A stretch of DNA of 64,000 nt from positions 747,969 to 811,968 of the forward strand of contig CP011209.1 of assembly GCA_001029635.1 (NCBI GenBank). The letters are read 5' to 3'. Of the stretch, positions 59,366 to 64,000 are shown one piece after another. The notes below the pieces were generated by a model. That model ran no database searches. It was not told the DNA's origin and was given only the letters and a program-made list of their open reading frames with translations. The DNA is from Candidatus Wolfebacteria bacterium GW2011_GWB1_47_1 (GTDB lineage Bacteria > Patescibacteriota > Minisyncoccia > UBA6257 > UBA9933). The translations under genes were made by a program, and so were the position numbers. Every line of letters starts with the position of its first letter. Within the stretch, counting starts at the first letter, position 1.

Positions 59366-60085
59366 ATGGAGGTACTAAAAGTTGAGAATCTAATCGTAGG
59401 AAAGGAATCTTCCCCTGTCATCGAAAAGTTAAGCTTTTCGGTCGCCAAGGGCGAAACGCTTGCCATTATCGGTCCAAATGGCGCCGGCAAAACCACACTA
59501 TTTAAGGCATTGCTCGGATTGACGCCGTATTCCGGCACCATCACCTGGGCTCCGAACACCAAGATAGGGTATGTTCCCCAGCGCATGGAAATTGAAACCG
59601 ATGTCCCCCTCACCGTTGAGGAGTTTTTTAGACTGCGCGGAAAAGTCGCGACTCCGGAAAAAATCCGGGAGATATTGAACTACGTCCAACTTGATACGCC
59701 GATCCTTAAGGCAGGCTTCGGTGAGATTTCCGTCGGACAACGCCAGCGCATTCTTGTGGGCTGGTCCATATTAGACAACCCTACCGTATTACTCTTTGAT
59801 GAACCAACCGCCGATGTCGATATCTACGGGCAGGAATCCATCTACAAGATGATCTCCCATCTGCACGAAACGCTTGGGCTCACCGTTCTTCTCATTTCCC
59901 ATGACCTTTCCATTGTGTACCAGTACGCGAACAATGTCATGTGTCTCAACCATCAGCAAGTCTGCTACGGTATTCCTGACGAAATTCTCAAGGCAGAGCA
60001 CCTGCAAACTCTCTACGGGGGCGAGCGCGGTTTTTACGCACATAACCATATGGGACACACCAATCATAATCATTCGACATCATGA
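59366..60085 (+). CDS. Zn/Mn ABC transporter ATP-binding protein (ZnuC-like)
   Basis: GPNGAGKTT, IGYVPQ, LLFDEPT, ISHDL, His-rich tail. Confidence 0.9.
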   Translation: MEVLKVENLIVGKESSPVIEKLSFSVAKGETLAIIGPNGAGKTTLFKALLGLTPYSGTITWAPNTKIGYVPQRMEIETDVPLTVEEFFRLRGKVATPEKIREILNYVQLDTPILKAGFGEISVGQRQRILVGWSILDNPTVLLFDEPTADVDIYGQESIYKMISHLHETLGLTVLLISHDLSIVYQYANNVMCLNHQQVCYGIPDEILKAEHLQTLYGGERGFYAHNHMGHTNHNHSTS

Positions 60086-60861
60086 CCCTCGATCTCACTT
60101 TTTTTCAAATCCTTATCACGGCTGTATTTGTGGCAGCAAGCGCGAGCCTACTCGGCAGCTTTGTGATCCTCAAGCGCATGGCGCTTGTTGGCGACGCCCT
60201 GTCGCATGTTGCCCTTCCCGGCATTGCGCTCGGATTAGCGTTCCATGTCAATCCGTTTATCGGCGCTTTCACGACCCTCTTCCTTGCCGTGGTCGGCATT
60301 TGGGTCTTAAAGTATCAAACCGAACTCCCCGTCGATACACTCGTCGGAATCTTTTTTACCGCAAGCCTTGCCCTTGGTATCTTGTTTATTCCTGAGCACG
60401 AGCTCCTCGAGGCTCTTTTTGGGGATATCGGCACACTCGGACTTATGGAATCTATCATGTCCGTTCTCTTATCGGTTGGCATTATTGGCTCGCTGATCGC
60501 GATCCATAAAAAACTCGCCTTAAGCATGTTGTCTGATGAACTCGCCCATTCAGTCGGTATCAACAATCGCAAATTAGACCTTGTCTATCTTCTGATATTT
60601 GCGCTATCCATCGCACTCGGCATCCGGTTCGTCGGAGCATTGCTCATGGGGTCGCTTGTTATCATCCCCGCGGCGGCGGCAAAAAACATCAGTCGCAGTC
60701 TTCATGGATTCATGACGACTAGCGTTCTGTTCGGTGTTCTCTCTGCCGGCGGAGGCGTTATCCTTTCACAGATTCTCGACGTTGCACCAGGACCCCTATT
60801 CATCCTAACCAGTACGGTCCTATTTATCCTTTCTCTCATACTTAGAAAACTGAACCAGTAA
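60082..60861 (+). CDS. Zn/Mn ABC transporter permease (ZnuB-like)
   Basis: GDALSHVALPG, LFGD, VGALL...IPAAAA. Confidence 0.9.
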   Translation: MTLDLTFFQILITAVFVAASASLLGSFVILKRMALVGDALSHVALPGIALGLAFHVNPFIGAFTTLFLAVVGIWVLKYQTELPVDTLVGIFFTASLALGILFIPEHELLEALFGDIGTLGLMESIMSVLLSVGIIGSLIAIHKKLALSMLSDELAHSVGINNRKLDLVYLLIFALSIALGIRFVGALLMGSLVIIPAAAAKNISRSLHGFMTTSVLFGVLSAGGGVILSQILDVAPGPLFILTSTVLFILSLILRKLNQ

Positions 60862-61034
60862 AACGAAACTAAAAAACGGCGCAAGCCGTTTTTTAGTTCA
60901 CTGATTGTTCGACGTCTTACTATTCGTTGATTAAGATACCAGTGAAAGTATCCAACACTATACAACGGGCTTAACATAAAGAAAGGCTTTGCACTTGAGT
61001 GCAAAGCCTTTTTATTTCTGCCGCGGATAAGAGT

Positions 61035-61244
61035 TTACCGGTGGCCGCCACCGCCACCGCCTCCGCCTCCGCCGCCTCCACCGCCACCGCCACCGCCTCC
61101 GCAAGTACCCGAAACATCCCCCCAATCATATCCCGATGAAGGGCGGCGTGATTTCTCAGAAATTTCTCGAATCATTGGCTTATTCGAGTCCCACTCTTCT
61201 TTCGACGGTTCTTCTCTATCAGTATCGCTCGAATCTTTTTCCAT
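61035..61244 (-). CDS. Small acidic protein with 19-Gly tail (cassette)
   Basis: GAGGAGG SD, TTGACG/TACTAT promoter, terminator; mixed GGC/GGT/GGA codons. Confidence 0.55.
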   Translation of the reverse strand: MEKDSSDTDREEPSKEEWDSNKPMIREISEKSRRPSSGYDWGDVSGTCGGGGGGGGGGGGGGGGGGGHR

Positions 61245-61389
61245 AATCGCCTCCTCTTCCCTTTTATATGAGAGAGCTTGTTATGCAGCGCACTAAAAAA
61301 TTACTAATTCAATAGTACATTAGCAAATCGTTTATCGTCAACGTCAGGATCTTCTTATATACAAAAGTACCGACGAAACGTCGGTGCTT

Positions 61390-61617
61390 TTAATGCCACC
61401 CGATCTCCACGATCTTTTTTTTGCCAAAATATCCTCCCGTAATATTTACTTCTGCCTTCGTCACCTTAAAGTGTTCTGCCAGTGCATTTACTACGCCGAT
61501 ATTTGCCTTGCCTTGAATCGGAGCCGCCTTCACGCTTACCTTATATTCCCTCTCCCCTATCTGCTCTACCTTATCCTCCCTAGCGTTCGGCTTGACCGTG
61601 ATATAAATCTTGATCAT
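61390..61617 (-). CDS. DUF167 / YggU-like protein
   Basis: VKPNA...VKAAPIQGKAN...LAEHF. Confidence 0.85.
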   Translation of the reverse strand: MIKIYITVKPNAREDKVEQIGEREYKVSVKAAPIQGKANIGVVNALAEHFKVTKAEVNITGGYFGKKKIVEIGWH

Positions 61618-61931
61618 TTCTTCTCTTCCGCTTTTGCGTTATTCTCCTTTTCATCTTCTTTCTTGAAATATTTTTCAAACTTGACCATAATCACAACGAC
61701 AAGAATCGTAATGATCGCCGCATACCATACCTTCGCCCAAACGGAATCGCGCTGAATAGGGAAATAATGATCAATCAACCCTTTGATCGCCTCGTTCCAT
61801 GCAAGACCGGCCACTAATCCGAGCGCAGCCGCGATATATCCCCATACCTTTTCTCGGGCGGTCTTACGCATTGCTTCTACGTCACTACCCATCATTTTTT
61901 GCACGTTTCGTATCTGATCCATTGGTTCCAT
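61614..61931 (-). CDS. Small membrane protein (DUF5654-like)
   Basis: AALGLVAGLAWNEAIK. Confidence 0.75.
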   Translation of the reverse strand: MEPMDQIRNVQKMMGSDVEAMRKTAREKVWGYIAAALGLVAGLAWNEAIKGLIDHYFPIQRDSVWAKVWYAAIITILVVVIMVKFEKYFKKEDEKENNAKAEEKK

Positions 61932-62017
61932 ATATCTTAGTATACCAAGCCTCCCCCACGTTGCACAAACTGCATACTATAAAAACGCCCCGCACATAGC
62001 GCGGGGGCGTGTCTTAC

Positions 62018-63211
62018 TTACAAAAGGAGTGAGAATTCAAATACCGTCTCCTCGTCAGTACTCCTCAGGAGACATACGTCTCCACCGTGTGCGGCCATGA
62101 TTGACTTGACGTTTGCCAAGCCGAGCCCGGTGCCCAACGACTTCGTGGTCACAAACGGCGAAAAGATATCATCGACCAGGCCGATCTCTATCTTTTCTCC
62201 ATCGTTTGCGATCTCGATGATGACCGAGCCGCGCTTTGCCGCGAATCGTGTGCGCACCCAAAGCCTTCCGGTTCCGGTCGCCTGTGATGCATTGATTACC
62301 ACGTCCTTGATCGCGTGTGCCATGAGGTCCACATCGATACTGATCGTGAACACATCCAGCATCTCGTCGAACGCGAACTCGACAGGCATATCACCCGCCG
62401 CCTGCGTTATCGTTTCCTTGATGAACGCGTTGATCATCACGGGTTCAGGATGCAACACCCCCGGATTCGAAAACCGAAGGATTCCATTCACAACACGCTC
62501 GAGCCGAGCGATCTCTTGGATCGACGTGTCGAGCGCATCTGCCACATCCCGATCGAAACAGTTTTTTCTCTCTTCTATCTTGCGACTCGCGCGTCGCGCG
62601 AAGCCGCCAATCATCTGCAAACTGTTCTTAAAGATGTGGGAGATACGCGAAGATTCCTCGCCGATAGCATTCATTCGTTCCATGCGTCGTACCTTTTCCT
62701 TTGCGCGACGCCGCTCATACTCACTTCCGATGGCCGCAGCAGCGAGGTTTGCCAGTAGGCGAACATGTGCAAGCTCCAATGCCGATTCGTCCTTCCCTTG
62801 GCATAAGTCGAGAGTCAAAACCCCCAGACTTTCACCATGGTATACGATCGGCACGAATACAACTTTTGCGAGTCCGTAGTTGTGCGCCAGATCGCGCATA
62901 TAGCTCGTCCGCGGGTCCTGCTCCGGATCGTCGATGATGAGTATCTCTCCGTCCGCAATAATAGCGCGGAGAAACTCCTCTCCGATCTCCGGAGTCACGA
63001 CCATGTTCACGCCGTGTTCTCCGATCGGATAGCCTGCCTTGATGACAAACTTTCCACTCATGTTTTCGAGCATGATACACGCCCGATCGGCCCCCGTAAG
63101 GCGGGCTAGGCTGTCCACGATAATCCCGAGAGTCTTTTTGTATTCCCTCGACCCGATCAGCTGCTCCGAGATTCCCACGATATCTCTTAAGATACCAGAG
63201 CTGTCTTCCAT
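62018..63211 (-). CDS. GAF-domain sensor histidine kinase (orphan)
   Basis: GAF (VPI..G..LGVL), H-box SHIFKNSL, N-box, FSPFVTTK..GTGLGL. Confidence 0.88.
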   Translation of the reverse strand: MEDSSGILRDIVGISEQLIGSREYKKTLGIIVDSLARLTGADRACIMLENMSGKFVIKAGYPIGEHGVNMVVTPEIGEEFLRAIIADGEILIIDDPEQDPRTSYMRDLAHNYGLAKVVFVPIVYHGESLGVLTLDLCQGKDESALELAHVRLLANLAAAAIGSEYERRRAKEKVRRMERMNAIGEESSRISHIFKNSLQMIGGFARRASRKIEERKNCFDRDVADALDTSIQEIARLERVVNGILRFSNPGVLHPEPVMINAFIKETITQAAGDMPVEFAFDEMLDVFTISIDVDLMAHAIKDVVINASQATGTGRLWVRTRFAAKRGSVIIEIANDGEKIEIGLVDDIFSPFVTTKSLGTGLGLANVKSIMAAHGGDVCLLRSTDEETVFEFSLLL

Positions 63212-63326
63212 TACTCCTCCTCTTCCTATGTATTCTGTTTGAAATGTCCTAACTTGGTTAGGAATATACTATACAACATTTGCATAAAATATGCAACCCC
63301 TATCAAAAAGCCCTGTTCTAGGGCTT

Positions 63327-63893
63327 TTATTTAATCGTTTCTTCCTTTATTACTTCCACCTCAGTATGTAGTGCGACCTCTCTAAAAAGCATATACCGCA
63401 CCCCATACGTAGCCCCAAGCGCTATCACAATTCCACCGATAATATCCAACGGCCAATGCACTGCTCCATAGATACGCGCAACGGCCATACCTGAGATACT
63501 CGCTGCATATAGAATCCCCCACTTTCTATCGAGATACCACATCGGGATAATGAGCGTTGCATAGAACGCCATGTGTGCCGATGGGAATGAGGGGGTTGCC
63601 GCATGATTGAATACCGGCTCAATATTCAACGCGACAAACGGACGCAATCTTTGATAAAAGAAGTAGATCACTTCCGCCACAATACCGCGCGATATGATCG
63701 CTGCCAGTACCCACCAGGCGAAGGCGTATGCCCGTTTCTTACGATCCTTCTCCTTAATCACCATGACCACGAAAAATGCAGTCATGAGATATCCCAGATA
63801 TACGGCGAAAAAGATCGCAAGCCAATCAAGCAGGAACCACCGGTCGGCGATGCCGTGTAGGAAATTAAAGATGGATAGGTCAAAAGAATTCAT
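63327..63893 (-). CDS. PAP2-family phosphatase (undecaprenyl-diphosphatase-like)
   Basis: RLRPF, SFPSAH, ARIYGAVHWPLD. Confidence 0.9.
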   Translation of the reverse strand: MNSFDLSIFNFLHGIADRWFLLDWLAIFFAVYLGYLMTAFFVVMVIKEKDRKKRAYAFAWWVLAAIISRGIVAEVIYFFYQRLRPFVALNIEPVFNHAATPSFPSAHMAFYATLIIPMWYLDRKWGILYAASISGMAVARIYGAVHWPLDIIGGIVIALGATYGVRYMLFREVALHTEVEVIKEETIK

Positions 63894-63896
63894 ATA

Positions 63897-64000
63897 TTAG
63901 GAATGTAATTTTTTTAATATATTCTTCAACTCTTTTTTATCAACGCTCGCTCCCCCTACCAGCGCACCATCGATCGCATCCTGTCCCACAAATTCCATTA
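63897..64000 (-). CDS. tpiA: Triosephosphate isomerase, 3' end only
   Basis: Manual translation ...DAIDGALVGGASVDKKELKNILKKLHS*. Confidence 0.85.
   Translation of the reverse strand, partial: MEFVGQDAIDGALVGGASVDKKELKNILKKLHS

Overview
Bacterial chromosomal segment with Patescibacteria (CPR, Parcubacteria-like) hallmarks: no rpmD/L30 between rpsE and rplO, a short AlaS lacking the C-Ala domain, and core genes mostly without Shine-Dalgarno motifs. Positions 1-18085 hold two tandem, AT-rich, large-serine-recombinase islands stacked at the 3' end of a tRNA-Asn(GTT). The inner island (~7.9-18.1 kb) carries a HEPN-like gene, a winged-helix protein, a rolling-circle-type Rep, an excisionase-like HTH, a type III R-M pair and an unannotated 53-aa ORF resembling helix E of its own recombinase. 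The rest is core genome: hisS, alaS, rpoD, dnaG, lysS, greA, map, adk, secY, the S10/spc ribosomal protein block (rplC to rplO), groES/EL, rmuC, a metal ABC transporter and the tpiA 3' end. It is interrupted by many self-contained promoter-SD-ORF-terminator cassettes, an array of four divergent paralogs, an unusual kinase/thyA/DHFR-HIT/NTase-deaminase/NTase nucleotide cluster, and several families of palindromic and heptamer repeats, two of which sit in-frame inside ribosomal protein genes. All calls come from motif recognition by eye; no database searches were run.
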